Assembly (NCBI GenBank): GCA_002189035.1
Contig: NEEC01000013.1
Location: 496,001 to 560,000 of the forward strand
Direction of reading: 5' to 3'
DNA length: 64,000 bases
From: Utricularia gibba
Taxonomy: Eukaryota; Plantae; Magnoliophyta
Part shown: positions 38,739-53,089 of the stretch, one piece after another
How positions within the stretch are numbered: the first letter of the stretch is position 1
Layout of the letters: each line of letters opens with the position of its first letter
Translations under genes and position numbers: made by a program
The notes under the pieces: generated by a model
Databases searched by the model: none
Told to the model about the DNA's origin: nothing
What the model saw: only the letters and a program-made list of their open reading frames with translations

Positions 38739-41588
38739 GGGTTTCATGCTGCATTGAGGAGCGCCGCCAAGTGATTGTTTGTATGAAGAAGAAGGTGCAT
38801 GAAGTGAAAGCAAGGGAGTACCTTCCATATATAGGTCTGATTCCGCTGACTAAAATGAAACTGTTTTTATAGGAAAAATGGGTCCGATCTCCTCTCCCCC
38901 ATCCTTTTTTTAATATTTAACTGGGAAGAGTTGACTGCGGAGTGCTGAAAGCGGAGTGTCTTGTGAAGCATTGATGGAGCACTGGAAAATGAATCAGCCG
39001 TCGATATCATGTAATCGTCTCTGGAAAAAAAGTACCCTCAGAAAGTCAAATTGGGGATTAGGGCAAAATCCCAACCCGCTCGCTCCTCCGCCACGAAATT
39101 GATTGTGTGGATTTACAACGGAAATATACCTCTCTTGTGGTTGTGTTCCTCAGAGAGTCTCTTCACATAATTCTAAATGAACCAAACTTTTACGCATACC
39201 TTCGTTTTTCGTAAGGAGCCTAAATCTCTATTTTTACTATTCTGTTTTGTATGTTATCAATTATATAAAAAAATATTTTGATAATGGAAAAATTGTGTCA
39301 GTAAATAGTAATTACTATTATGTATCTAAATTAGTCTTCAAAACAATGTTTTAGTTATTACTATTTGAAAATTATTTATAATTGATAAATACGGTTCGAA
39401 AATCAATAAAAATAGTCTCTATTATTTAAATTAACAACGAAATTGATTCCCAATTTAAAACCTTTATTCTTTTCGTAATTCAATTTTATTATTTTTGATT
39501 GACTTTACATCCCTTATAACCACTGCCCACTGTCTACACATGAACCACCCGCCGCTGGTATTTAAACAATTGGAATAAATAAAATTTGGATAAACCATTG
39601 AGTAACATAAAAACTTGTAGACATAATGACGGTAACTGTCAGGAATATTAAAAACAATGTAAAAATCGCAACAGGGTCTCTGCGGCAGCACCTGCAACAA
39701 AAAAAAAAACAAAAAAAATAAATAAAAATAAGTAAAATACAAGCATTCCAGTGTAAAAATAAAAATATTCGAGACATTGTAAATAATGTGTTTTTTAATT
39801 TACCTGTGCATTGATGACATGGCAAACACTCATTTTGGGTTTGAATACCTACAGCTTTATTTTAATCAAAACCAAATTTTGTAGTATAGCACTACAAACA
39901 CTCGTACTTGTCTTAAAATTTACACTGTGGGCACCCCTGTTCCTGTTTTCAGTGCCTACAGTTTCTATCAGCTGTAACGGGTTAACTTCAGAGACTGCAA
40001 AGGAGTTTTCTGTGGTACTTGTTATCTCATATATCATTTTAAATTTCATTTAAACACTTGTCTGTGGTATGTGGCTGTTTTTAATATTCAAAGTGCATGC
40101 AATGCAGGGTAAGATGTTGTATGATTACCAATACACAATTGTGGTTAAAATAGGAATTGATTAAAAATTATACGGTTGAAGTGTGTCATTACGTGGCCGC
40201 AATCAATGGATCGGATAATTATTTTTGGTCACATGTTGTTTCAGATAATAGTATCATTAAATGAAGTCTCTAATTACTTGCTTACTCTTTTAGGCTATCT
40301 TAATTACAATATATATTTGACGTATTTATTCTTTTTTCTCATCTAAAGTTCATCTTTAGCATAAAAAAATTAGAATGCAAAATTTATTCAGTGAAGCTTT
40401 TTCAACCTAATTGAAATCATTGGCCAAGGATTTTGAAATACAAAAAAGTATTTTTAAGATAAAAGAATCTTTTTATTAATTAAAATAATTTTACAGATAA
40501 ATGTTATGGAAAAGGAAAATTATTCATGGATCTCAAAAGACTAGATCGAGGTTGGTATCTGCCAAACCTTTTTGTACGAGGAGAAGAAGAGGGGATGGCA
40601 TACCTTATAAAGGGGTGCAGCATCCATCTAATAGGAACATACCCTATGACTGAGATGTAGTGCAGCCCGCTTCGCACGATCTTCATTACATGATCATGAG
40701 ATGGGGTTTGGTTAAATAGTCGGTGCTTCACGCTGTAAGAGGTCGCTAAGAATACAAAAGATGGCAGCTGCAGCTCAATGTAAGGGAAGAGAGAAGAATA
40801 CATTTCCGTGATGGATTTCTAGTTCATTCAAAATATACTTGTTATTATTGTGTGAACCAACTCTAGCATTTCCATCGTACTGGAGCGATTCGCGAAGAAC
40901 CGGTTTCATGGAATTATGACACTCAACAACACAGATTCTAAATGGCAAAATCTTTCCCAAGTGAGAGCAGGGAAGGCGATAACCATACATTTCTAATTTT
41001 GTCAGTTTTATGGATCGCTGCTCGTCATTTTCTTTAACTATTAATGTACATTTAATATTTATTAAATCGACCAAAAATAATAAATAAAATTTGTAGTAAT
41101 AAAATGCTAAAATAATATACAAAATACATTTTAGAAACAATTTACTGGTTACTGAAAAAAAAAATAGTTCTTGCAATTTCATTCAAACCTTATTCATATT
41201 TTTAGTATATTTGACTTCATGTGGTTTTGCGATGCATCCCCAATTTTGTCAATTTTTCGGATTATCATCTTGACTTATCATTTTCTTTAACTATTAATTT
41301 AAATTTAATATTAATTAAATCGACCTAAAATAATAAAAAAAACTTTGTAGTAATAGAATACTAAAATAATATACCAAACAAATCTTAGAAACGTAAGGCA
41401 ATATTTAACTTTAATGAACTCTTAAATTAATAATCATATCTTGAACTATGCTAATTACTAGATACCTCACCAACAGTTTCATCATAAAATATAATGGATG
41501 GTTGGTTTGAGGGCTAAACCATTTCATCATATAAAACACGTAGTTGAGAAAAGAATGTAAATAGGACGAATCCCATGCACCGTGTGGT

Positions 41589-41604
41589 GTGTGTGTGTGT
41601 GTGT
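41589..41604. repeat. (TG)n microsatellite
   Basis: Direct reading of GTGTGTGTGTGTGTGT. Boundaries are approximate. Confidence 0.75.
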
Positions 41605-44039
41605 ATTAGTGAAGAAGCAATGAGGTGAGCACAAAGTCCGTCCATACGCGTTCAAAATCCATGGGGATGTACTTGTACTGTCCACCTACCACAATTGTCA
41701 CAGCGGTTGATTCGCGTAATTAAGGGCCTGGATTCAATGGAGCCACTTGAAGGCTTGACGTTAATGATGTCATTAGTCAAGGATTAAATCTGATTAGTAA
41801 ACCAACATTAATATGTTATAATTCAATTGGGATCTTTATTTGCAATCAATTTCCATGCACACCAACTGCTGCATTTACTTGCATTGACTTGTGCTCTCTT
41901 TTTCACCAACCCCCTCATCTCCAAAATTTGTTACTCAACCTTTTTAGTTTTTTTTTTTAACATTCCTGCTGATTGTACCTTTTGAAAGAAGAAACACGGG
42001 CCTCCATTTGAATTCCATGAAATGCGTAGTTTCACTTTTGATGTATAACAACAACATGTGTTATTTTTCGTACCCGAGGGAGGCTTCTTCTACCACTTAA
42101 GTTGTGTCTACTAATTTCTTAAAGTTGTTAGGTAAAAGTGTCGAGGCAGCACAACATGGGCATTAGGTGCCTTAAAAAGCCTATTATCATGAATACAACA
42201 CATCACGAAGCACGGTGGGTTGGGGGCAGAGATGCGCGTAAAAAATGAGAAGAGAAGACAATGACAATGGGACGGATAATTTGCTTAAATACAATTGCAG
42301 AAGTGGGCCATCCATTCTTGGGTTGGGCTTGGCATCACATTCGGATTTCATGGTGAACATGAAATTTGTTTTCGCGTCTACGGCTCATTTGGATATCATG
42401 TTTTAGCTGACACGATTTAAATATAAATCACATTATTTTTTTTACACTAAAATGAATGATTTAAAGAATATGAGTTTATTTTGTAGAAGATTTTATTTAA
42501 TATAGTATTATTTATCATGTGTTTGATAGTAATGTTTATAATTTGTTTTATATATAATTTTACTATAATTTGACTGAATGTGATATATCCCACATAGGTT
42601 ATGCCTAAAAATTATTATTTCGGTAATTTGCAAATAACTTGATTTGAACCCATTTTCAGATTTTCATCTAGTAGCAATAATCTTTTTTATGTCTTGAATT
42701 AATAATTTCTCTTTAGAGAGTAACCATAATCATCGTTTTCCTAGTTGATCTCGACATTTTCTTTCCTTTTGTTTCCTTCATTTTGGGCCATCGGATTTCG
42801 AATTTCTTAAATGCATACAAAAGTTGTAAAATAAAAGAGTATTATTGACTTTAATTATCATGGGATTAACACACCCATAATTCACATGAGTTTATGTTTC
42901 ATTATACATAATATGTTAAATAATAAATTTATAGGAATATATTATCCATAGTGCATTATATACCAAACATATGATTAAAATATGCTATTTAACATAACAT
43001 CATCTTATACCTCCTACTCAATGGACCCTTAGAATATTATATTACCTATAGTGTATGTACATTTTTAAATCAGAGTTCAAAATTAACTAATGTGGGGCCA
43101 ATTTGATCCAAAAATTGATTGAAGTTTCAAAAAATTATTTTGAAAAATAAAAATAAAAAATATATATCTCATGCATTTTCATTAATAAAAGAATGAAAAT
43201 GAAGTTTCTATGAATATATTGAATCTTTCTTTCAATTTCGTATTTGGAAAATTTGAAAAACTTACCTCCTTTTCATTTTTTGATTTTAAAAAATTAAATT
43301 CTAAACTTACAAAAATTTTAAATCCAAAATTGATAATCTGATCTTTGATTAAGCGCTGAGTTATTGAAAAATTTGTTAATTGATTTGATCCATTGGTTAG
43401 CTGACCAAATTGAAAACACGAACTCTCAATTCAACTACAACTACAAGTGGATATGACACGATGCAACTATATACTACTCCCTAATCCACCTAAAAGGAAT
43501 TAAGTTTTTACATGATATGAGACATTGCGAGGGCCCCCATATCATGGGGTTTATATGTGAACATAATGACATTACAAGAATGGCCAATGTGTGTTGTGGT
43601 GTAACATGAACAAGTAGGTAAGGGGAGTGGGGGTATCTAATTGTTAATATAAAAATTTGATCTTATTAATAACTCAAATACATATAAAAGTTAACATTAA
43701 ATTAAAAACATGGATTATAGAAAGAATGATTAAAAATAATCTCTTCAAAATTTAAAAAAACACGAGCATATTATTAGCAAGAAAATTATGTTGTATCTTT
43801 TTTTGTAATCTTGTTTTAATCGTTTTCAATGTAGAAAATACTTGCTCACCAAAAGTGATGGTAATTTGAAGTTTTACAAATAATCATCTTAGACAATCAA
43901 TTAGATGTTAAACACCATGTCGATTTGTTTCAATATTACGATAATATAATTCTGTAAAAGTATCTATCTTTGATAATTCAGCATCCTCAAATATGTTTCA
44001 AAGGACAAAGTCAAGTTGCATTTCAATTCTTTTTTGGAG

Positions 44040-47000
44040 AATAAAGCATTCTAGAGAATACAATTTTATCAATCCATAAAAATTTTGAACAAATTTACCT
44101 GCCATTCTTGTGCTAATACTCCGGTATTCGAGGTTGATTAATAACTTGGTGACAACTGTGGAATTATTGAAAAAAAAATGACAATGGCAATTGCTCCGCC
44201 ATCAAAGTTTGATGGCACACACTATGCTATTTGAACAAAAATGATGAGAAATTACGTCATAAATATCAAGGTTTGAGAGGTTTTCATCAAACTTAATCTT
44301 CCACTAGGTTTGTTAGATACTTCTGAAAAAGGAAAGAACTCAACCAAAGAGAAAAATAATTATATAGAGTTGGAATTCACCGCAGCTCATGATCACAACA
44401 GAGCTCCCACAATGGAAATCTACGAAAAGTTATTAAATTATGAAACACCAAAAGAATTATGGATAGCATTGCAAAACATCTATGGGACTACAACTATCAA
44501 CAAGGACCAAAAAATTGATAGAATATGACATTTTATTGAAGAACTTAGCATTACATTTGTAATCACAGATTTCTCCACCAAACTTTTAGGCTTTCTAGAT
44601 AGCCTTGAAGCTTTGGAAGAGAAAATTGATGAAAAATGGATTAAACACAAAATTATTAGCTCCTTACATGTTTCTTTTCAACCTCTTGTAGGAATGCTTG
44701 AGATGACTGGAACACTAAGAACAATGATACACTTACAACTCCTTGATGATCTTTTAGGATATACATGGAAATAAAGGCACGCATTCTAGCAAGAGACAAG
44801 ATTATCAACATAATGTCAAGGAAAAAGGCAAAAATTCTTAAGGATTCAGACACTAAGGAGGAAGATCCTTATCCATACTACAAGAGATTTCAGCCAGATG
44901 AATATTGGTACCATCCTAAAGTAACTTGTGAAAAATGCCACAAAAAGGTTATGTAATGTGAGTTTGTATAAGATGCAAGAATCAGGTTAAAACAAAAACA
45001 ACATTAAACAAATTCAATGTAAAGGATCTAGCAAAATTCTTATCTTTTTTAAACATAAACACAAGATCAACAAAATCTGAGAAAGTTAACATTTAAACTA
45101 TGTGTCAAGCCACTATATTCTCAGCGATGAAAATGTTGAAATCTAAAAAAAAATATAACTATTGGATAGTGGATGCAGCAAGCCTATGGGGCAATTGGTA
45201 CAAAAAAACTTCAAGGTTCAATTTACAAAGGGAATTTTCAAAATTAAGAACCTAGTCGGAACTGCTGTGTTGGAAGTTTTGATATTTAAAAGAGTCTTTC
45301 CTCTAAACTTTTAGATTGATGATAAATTGGAAGAAGTGTGCCTTATAACAAAGGAAGGTATAAATATCTAGCATAAATGATTAGGGGACATAAATTATTC
45401 AAAACTGTTTAAGGTGTCATCACAATCATGAGCAATGGTTCAAAGACTGTCTCCCTTAAGAAAAGAAGATGAAATCTGTAGCACCTGTCAAATTGGAAAA
45501 ATGCACAAATTACCATTCGGTCTTGGAACCTATCAAGTAGGAAAATGTGAGAATTAATATGTAACGATCTAGGATCTATTGGAAGTTCTTACCTTATTCA
45601 GAAACAAATATTTCTTGATCTTTACAGATGACTTTACCAAATTTGGTTGGGTTTTCCTTTTAAACAAAAATCAAAAGTGCTTGAAAAATTCAAGATTTTT
45701 GGAGCAATAGTTGAAGAACAAAATGAACAATCCATTCAATTTTTGAGGTCAGACAATAGAAAAGAATACATTCCTGATGAGCTGCAAAAATATTGTGAAG
45801 AACATGAAATAATTCACCAATTCAAAACACTTCACATCCTAGAACAAAATGGTGAGGAGAATCAAGATATCAACCTATTATGAAAATGAGTTGATGCGTG
45901 ATATTTGAGAAAAACCAATCTTGAAAAATTCTTGAGTAAAGCTGTAAATATTGCTACATATCTTTTTTAGTTAACTCCTTACCGCTAGACAAAAAGCAAG
46001 AAAAACACTATATGAATTGTGGTATAATAGGAAGGTTAACATAAAGTATGTGAGAATCTTTGGATTATAGTGTTATGTATACTTGCTAATGCAATTGAGA
46101 AGTAAATTGAATTTAAAATGCATAGTCGGAGTTTATATGGATTTTACTTAAATAATTAACACATATAGAGTCTATGATCTAACTAAGAACAAAATTCTAG
46201 TTAGCATACATATTATTTGTTACGAGAGAAAGGAGTTTGACTGGAAAAACTTCAATTAGAGTAGCATATTAAGAACTTGCAATACCATAAATGAGTATAG
46301 GTTTGTTTCTTCATTTCCTACTTCAACAAACATGGAGTTTGTAACAACTAAAGATTACAAGTAAAATGAAATCATTAATGATATTGATGTAGAAAATAGG
46401 GACTCAAGGATAGACATTGAAAGAAATACATACACTATAGAAGAATATGAAAGTGAACATGATTCAAATTGTTGAAAAGTGGAACACATCAGGAAACCTT
46501 AAGATATCTTGACAATGAAGACCAAGAATTTGCAACAAAATCAAAAAAAGATAGTTTAGTAGAGGAGAAGCAAGAAAATGAAGACAGAAATGATGAATCA
46601 CAACGAGGGTTTTCAAGCTTAACAAATATTTATAATAGACGTCTTATGATGCTGAAAAATAAAAGTGTAAATAAAGCGCTCAGTCATCACGTTAAAAAGT
46701 TGGCAATGAAACAAGAACTTGAATACATCGAGAAATTTCATACTTGGAGCTTACTATCAAAACCCAAAAACTACAAACCTATTGAGATAAAGTGGGTGAT
46801 TCTAATAAAGTTGAATGCAGATGGGATTGTAAACAAATTAAAGACTAGATTGGTATGTAAATAATACACTCGAAGACTTGAAATTGAATATCAAGAGACC
46901 TTTGTTCCCGTCGCATGGTTGGATACAATCAAATTTCTCTTAGCCATTGCAGCATTTTAAAGATAGGAAATATATCAATTAAATATTATAGTCATATTTT

Positions 47001-50000
47001 TTTGGTTATACATGAGCGCATATATATAGAACGACTACTGGATTTTGAAAAAAGTGAGTAATAAAAAGTCTCAAAACTACATAAAGCACTCTATGGCTTA
47101 AAACAATTTATTAGAAAATGATAATCAAGAATTGATGATTTTTTTCTTATCACAAGGATATCAAAGAAGTTCTAATTGTCCAACGTTATGTGGTGTTTTG
47201 CAAGAATGAATAAGGAAATTCTAAATGAAGAACAAAGATAAAAAAGGGGGAAGGAAATACTGAATTTCATTTGCCCAATCAAAATGTAAATGCATAAATT
47301 GGTATTTATAATTCATACTAGCCAACAGTCATTTCTCAAAACATCAAATGCTATTGATCATATAGATAAAAGAGTAAAATGGTAACTATAGAATGAACTA
47401 TTTCTTGAGGTGCATCTTGAATAAACTTGAATTGGTTTGTTTGATATGTCATATGATAATTGTGATGCCTCAGGTATGCGGATTGAGAATGTGAAACATT
47501 ATATACTCTCATTAATGACAAATACATAGTAGCCATCTCCTTGTATGTGGATGACATATTAATTACCAGAAGTTGCAAGGGGATGATAGAAATAGAAAAA
47601 CAACAACTTATGGATAAATTTGAAATGATAGATTTTGAAAAATTGAGCTATTTTCTGAGATTAATAATCAATCATATAGAGGAATATATATTTCTAACTC
47701 AATAAAGATGTCTTAGACCACATAACAAGATACTTGATACGTGATTTTGTGTTATTTTTATTTTTACTTTCTATTACACTATTAAGTCAATTTACATTTC
47801 TTTTATTCCACTTTCTCAATGTTTTTAGATAAATTTTATATTTTTTCTATCACTTTGACTTTTTTGGAGGAAAATGTATTTTATGATTTTTTAGGACAAT
47901 TTTGGTCTATGTTGCGGTTGAAAATCATGCTAAGGTGGAGACCGATGTTTGGATTAGGGATACATCCGAATGCATCGTATCCAATTAAGATTTCAGCATT
48001 TTGTGTGATGTGATGCGGCTGACAGAAATGAAGAAAGACAAGGATTTTAACGTGGAAAACATCCGGAAGAACCACAGAGTTGTCGGGGCTAGCCTAAAAA
48101 TGGTTTCACTAGACAGAGATGGAGAAAAGATACAAGTTAGAAGGCTCGGAGTTAACCCTTTCTTCTTTAGGGTTTCTTATATTTATAGGAGAGGTTAGTC
48201 AGTTTTACATTTCTGCACCGACTGTTCGTATTGTGGTCTTGTTTTCAAATAACTGCCGACTATTCTGACATTACTGCAATTTTACTACTTTTCAGACTAT
48301 TCAAAATGACTGCCGCTGTCAATACCTGACACATATTAGTTTTTCGGTCTACAACAGTTTGTCAAAGCACCTTTTAGCTCCTTTTTCAGTACTCATGAGC
48401 CTGACAGATTCTAGACTCCATCATTCAGCCCATTTGATTTATCGATATTGGCCTTTTTGGGCAGATTAGTGAATTAGAATCACCGTCGTATCGATCTCGA
48501 GCATTCCGATCTCTCGTGGGTTAGTCTTCACCCGATTTAAACAGATCTCCATGCCACACGTCATCCCTCGGGTACTCCATGTTTTTCCCGCTCATTTTTG
48601 AGCACCTCAATCGACACGTCGCTTCACCTCCCGAATTACCCATATCTAAATAAGCTTGTTCTCCTTTGCCGTGCACTCTCGCTGCCTACTAGAGTTCCTT
48701 GTGCTCTACATTCCCCGTCGTTGTTTGCTGCTGTCTCGCCGACGCAAAATTCTTCGATGTTCCCAAGTTTCCAGGTATTTCCCTCCTTTCTTGCATCTTC
48801 GACTCGGTCATTCAGGGATTTCAAAGCTTTTTCGAATTTTTTGCTTGTCTACGCTTAGTCCCTCTTTTTGTTAGGATTTTTTGCTTATTGCATTTCTAAG
48901 CATCTGATCTCCTGTCCCTTATTTCCAAATACTAAGATGGGTAGGAAATTGATAATACATATTTTTGAGTGATTAAGTACATGGAAAATATTCATATTGT
49001 GCTCCAAAAATTAAGTTTTACTGCCTAGTTCTATATTTTTGTGCATAAGTACCATAATTGTGTTATTTTAGTCTTAGTTGGGGACTAAATCTACGATTTT
49101 GACTGTTACTATTATGATATTACTACAATTTTGCTACTTTTCAGACTGTTCAAAATGACCGCCATTGCCAAACCTTAATGCATATCGGTCTGTCGGTCTG
49201 CAGTAGTTTTTTAGGGCACCTTTTTGCTCCTTTTTCAGTAACCGATGAGCTCGACCGATTCCAGACTCCATTAGTCTAATTTAGAGGAAATTCGAGCTGA
49301 CCTTACTATAGGCAAATATTTGATCTATACAGATGAATATTTGATCAAAGATTCTCGGATAAGATAAGATCTTCATCTTATCTTGGAAGATTTGGATTTA
49401 TTCTAGGAGATTTGCATCCGAAATTAGAAGATTATGATAGAAGATTTGATATGAGCATATTAAAAAAGTCCCAGAATTTTCACTCCTATAAAAGGACCTG
49501 AACACCAAGCTATTGAAAGGGATCGACGCCCTGGTGACGGGAGTTGTTGAATATGTCTAGGAGTCTAGAGTCGAGTCTTTCACCTTTTGATTCATTTCAT
49601 TTCGTTTTTCATCAATTTTATGTATTAGAGTCGAGCATGTGGTGAAGTTTTGGCTGTGCAAGTCCTGCGCGTGTGGTTGTTTTATTATATTTTTCAACAT
49701 TTAATATGAGGTTTGATTATTTTTTTATGATATTTTCTTTACCAATATTTTAGTATCACATAAACCTAAAGGAGTGTAGGAGAATCTTAGATTGGCCTCA
49801 AGCACTTAAAGAGAAGGATTTAATCAGAATCATTGATAAGATGCATTCTATCTAATATGTCTACAAGGTAAGACACATTGATAAGATCATTCACTACCAC
49901 TAATTTGTGAAACTGACTCCACCATCTTAATAGAGAGTTTCATATACCTCATACCAACGCATCCTGGCATAACATTTGCTGTAAATTATTAATCCCAATT

Positions 50001-50760
50001 TCTTGCAGCACCTAAGCATGTTCACTTGGATGCAAAAAAGCATGTTTTGAAGCACCTGAAAAACACAAATAACTATGGATTAAAATATGCAAGAGTACAT
50101 TGGAATTAGAAACTTTTTACGATAGTGATTATGCCGAAGATAAAATCAATAAAAAAAAGTCCAGCTCACACTATTTCTTTTTTCATGGAAAAATAGGAAA
50201 TGAACAACATTATATCAATAAGAACCTTATCAAGTTATGGTACGTGAAATCCAAGGACCACAAAGCTAATATACTCATCAAATTATTGTAAAACGAAGTC
50301 ATTTACAAATCTTTGTGCACAATTGGGGGTAATGGAGAATCTGATCAAAGTTGAAGAAATTCAATAGGAGAAACTCTCAAAGTGTCAAGGAGGAGAAATG
50401 AACAATGACACCTTGGCTAATCCACCTGATTCGTCCAACATTGGTAGAGGAGACCAACCCTAATGTTGTAGAAACTTATGTTAGAGGTAATAGGGAATGA
50501 GGAGTTTTTATATTATGGCTCATACCAAGAAGTTTCAAGGAAGGCAAAGAAAAGAAAACCAATTCCATCTACAACGACTACTTGCAAGGAAACTCATATA
50601 TAAATCATAGAAATTTTAAAAATCTTTAGAAAAAATTGTAGAAAAAAACCATTCTACATCTATTTGAAAATCAATAATTTATCAAAAATCTTGAGCATAT
50701 CTATTTGCCATTCTAGTGCTAATACTCAAGTATTAAGGACTTATTTTTTTACTGAGATTG
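44040..50760 (+). mobile_element. Ancient Ty1/Copia retrotransposon, heavily degenerate, with a nested insertion
   Basis: Domains occur in Copia order: gag PPSKFDG (~44195), Zn knuckle TCEKCHKK (~44925), CSTCQIGK, integrase FTDDFTKFGWV...FLRSDN (~45620-45760), RT TWSL...KW...KTRLVCK, KALYGLKQ and YVDD (47544-47555), then RNase H DSDYA (~50120). A PPT (AAGGAGGAGAAA, 50387-50398) is followed by TG. An LTR remnant pair matches 21/22 (44100-44121 vs 50706-50727). Confidence 0.9.
47735..49900. mobile_element. Nested Gypsy-type LTR/non-coding remnants inside the Copia RT
   Basis: Starts TGATACGTG right where the Copia RT breaks. It holds a ~160-bp direct repeat (~48270-48425 and ~49110-49272) and TATA-like cores on both strands (~48180 minus, ~49486 plus). 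The 3' end appears deleted. Confidence 0.6.
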
Positions 50761-52311
50761 AAATCAATGTTGTGTTCTCATGTTATTATTGATTACTTAA
50801 TGACTAGGATATGAATGAACTCTTTTGGTATTGAGAGAGTGTGAGATGGGTTATATGTGTGACAAAAGATCATTTTTCACAAATGTGATTAGAGCATTGA
50901 TTGGAATGGTAAAGAAACCTCATAGTTTGGAGAATCACCTTGTGAATTTTACATCCATGTCCCAATTTACAATTAATGTCTCTTTGCTGAAACATTACAC
51001 GAAAAGAATGTAAAACTTGATGGCATTGTGAATTGGGACACATTTTACATTCAAAATCCAAATCATGAACATTAATTGTGAATTACATGCCAGGCCTTGT
51101 GATATAATTCACAACTAAATCAACTCGTGCATGTGATATAGGTTTAGTCAGTTGATTTACATAGTGTATGTATTGTTTGTGTGATTTAAAAGCATTTTCA
51201 TGTCTGCTAGCAAAATAAAATTTTTTAACGTGTAAAAGTTAACTATAACAAAATAGTATTTAATGTGTGATAATATTGATTTATTTGTATAAGTAATGAT
51301 ACTTGTGCCAAATCAATAATTGATAAATATCTTTTTTCAAAATGACTTCATAGCATTAACTTGTTTTATTGTCATTATATCACATTTAAAAATGAATAAT
51401 TAATACGTCCTAAAATAAAGGTCAAAGAAATGTGTTATATTACCTAGTTCCTCTTTTATGTGAAAGTGTTCATAACTTCTGAGATAATTTATTCACATTC
51501 ATGCTTTACAATGATTTTTTTAATTCTTCACATATATTTTTTAACTTTGGTGACTAAAGATACATATGCTGCTTTCATAAATAACTCATGTAGCCTTTCG
51601 TGTCCATACTTTGATGGTAAATTTTAATGAAAATGCCATAAGCAATGATGATGACTAGTGAATTTAGGTACATTTAAAAATGCTTTTTTGATTGATGTAT
51701 ATTGGTGTGAGAAAATTCACACTTCAAGGCAAGTGTAACATATGAATCTAAAAAGCACAATCATCAAAGAAAATGCTACGGAGTGAAAGCACCTACTAAA
51801 TCGATGAGCTTATGGCCTACTTAGACTTCACCTGATGAGATAGTCATATAGTTCAACAAATATCTTCTAAGGCCAGTTGACAAGCAAAACGTGTACAATA
51901 ATAAGAAGCATTGAGAATAATATATTCATTAAGTAAACATACCTAGCAAAGAAAGACATGCCTTAATGATCAAAATACATTCGACAAGCGAACAAGCATG
52001 AGAAGGAAAATGCAATGGAATATGGAAATACAATTCATGATATATACATGATATATGGAAATATAATTCATGGCTTAATAATTGAATAGAACACATTAAT
52101 GAATTACAATATTGTGTAGAAATACCAAGATTATAATATGATTCGTAAAGCTTACAAACCAAAAGTAGATGTTTATCATATGCAAGAGATAGGTTGTTGT
52201 GATGGATGATATTGCCTATATAGAACACATTTTTGCAAATAATGTCCTCAGTTTGTGAATTGTGATGATGCCAAAAATCCACATGTAGTACAGAGATGGT
52301 ATAAGACAAAA

Positions 52312-52920
52312 TGTTATCCTGGGTAACATATATCAGGGAGAGAAATCAAAAACCAATATAATGCTAAATCGGACACTTATGCGGATTTGGTAGATACTGC
52401 ATGGACTGGCTAGAGTGATGTGAATCAGCTACTAAATGAAGCAGAAATAATAAATCTGGCCTTGAGCATTACAATGGCATACTCACATTAATCGGTCCAT
52501 GGCAACTGACAAGATAGGAGCACACCTATGGAGGATAGGAAAAGGATAGTGTCAGATCCAAACCATTCTACCACAGTCTAAAAAGTAGTCGATCTACAGT
52601 AATTTAGAGTAGGTGACGATTACCTGTCAGTAGGACCACAAGTGAGGCCAACATATCCTGCTAGGTGTAGAAAGTGATTGGCCTTTTCAGAATCGGTCGA
52701 CTAGGATCCTCTATAAATAGAAGCTCCATTTCAGAACGAAGGGATCTTGCATTTTTTCTATGCTCAATACATCTTGTAATCCTCTTTTTTCCTCTTAATG
52801 GAACCCTTTTCTCTAGCAACCTCCCCCATCTCCGTGGTCTTCTATCACAGTGGTTCCTATGTGAAAATCTTGGTCTCATTGCCTACATTTATACGCACAC
52901 CAAAAATTGGAATCATAAAT
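52312..52920 (+). mobile_element. LTR-like sequence (Tat/Ogre-like)
   Basis: Starts TGTTATCC and has CTCTATAAATAG near 52710 followed by a pyrimidine-rich R/U5-like tail. No convincing TSD. Confidence 0.45.
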
Positions 52921-53089
52921 TGGTGACATTCACCCTGTGATAAGATTGATTTATCCTAACATATTGACCCCCTCTCCTTAACCAGTTTTTCAACCATAAT
53001 AGCTTGAAAATTGTGTGAAAAGAATAAATCAACCAAGAACATTGGTACCCAAACTTTGCATTGCGTTGTTTCCTATTTATAGCCGATTG

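Noticed and set aside
50800-52300. Possible DNA-transposon coding relic
   Set aside because: Translations gave no motif I could assign with confidence.
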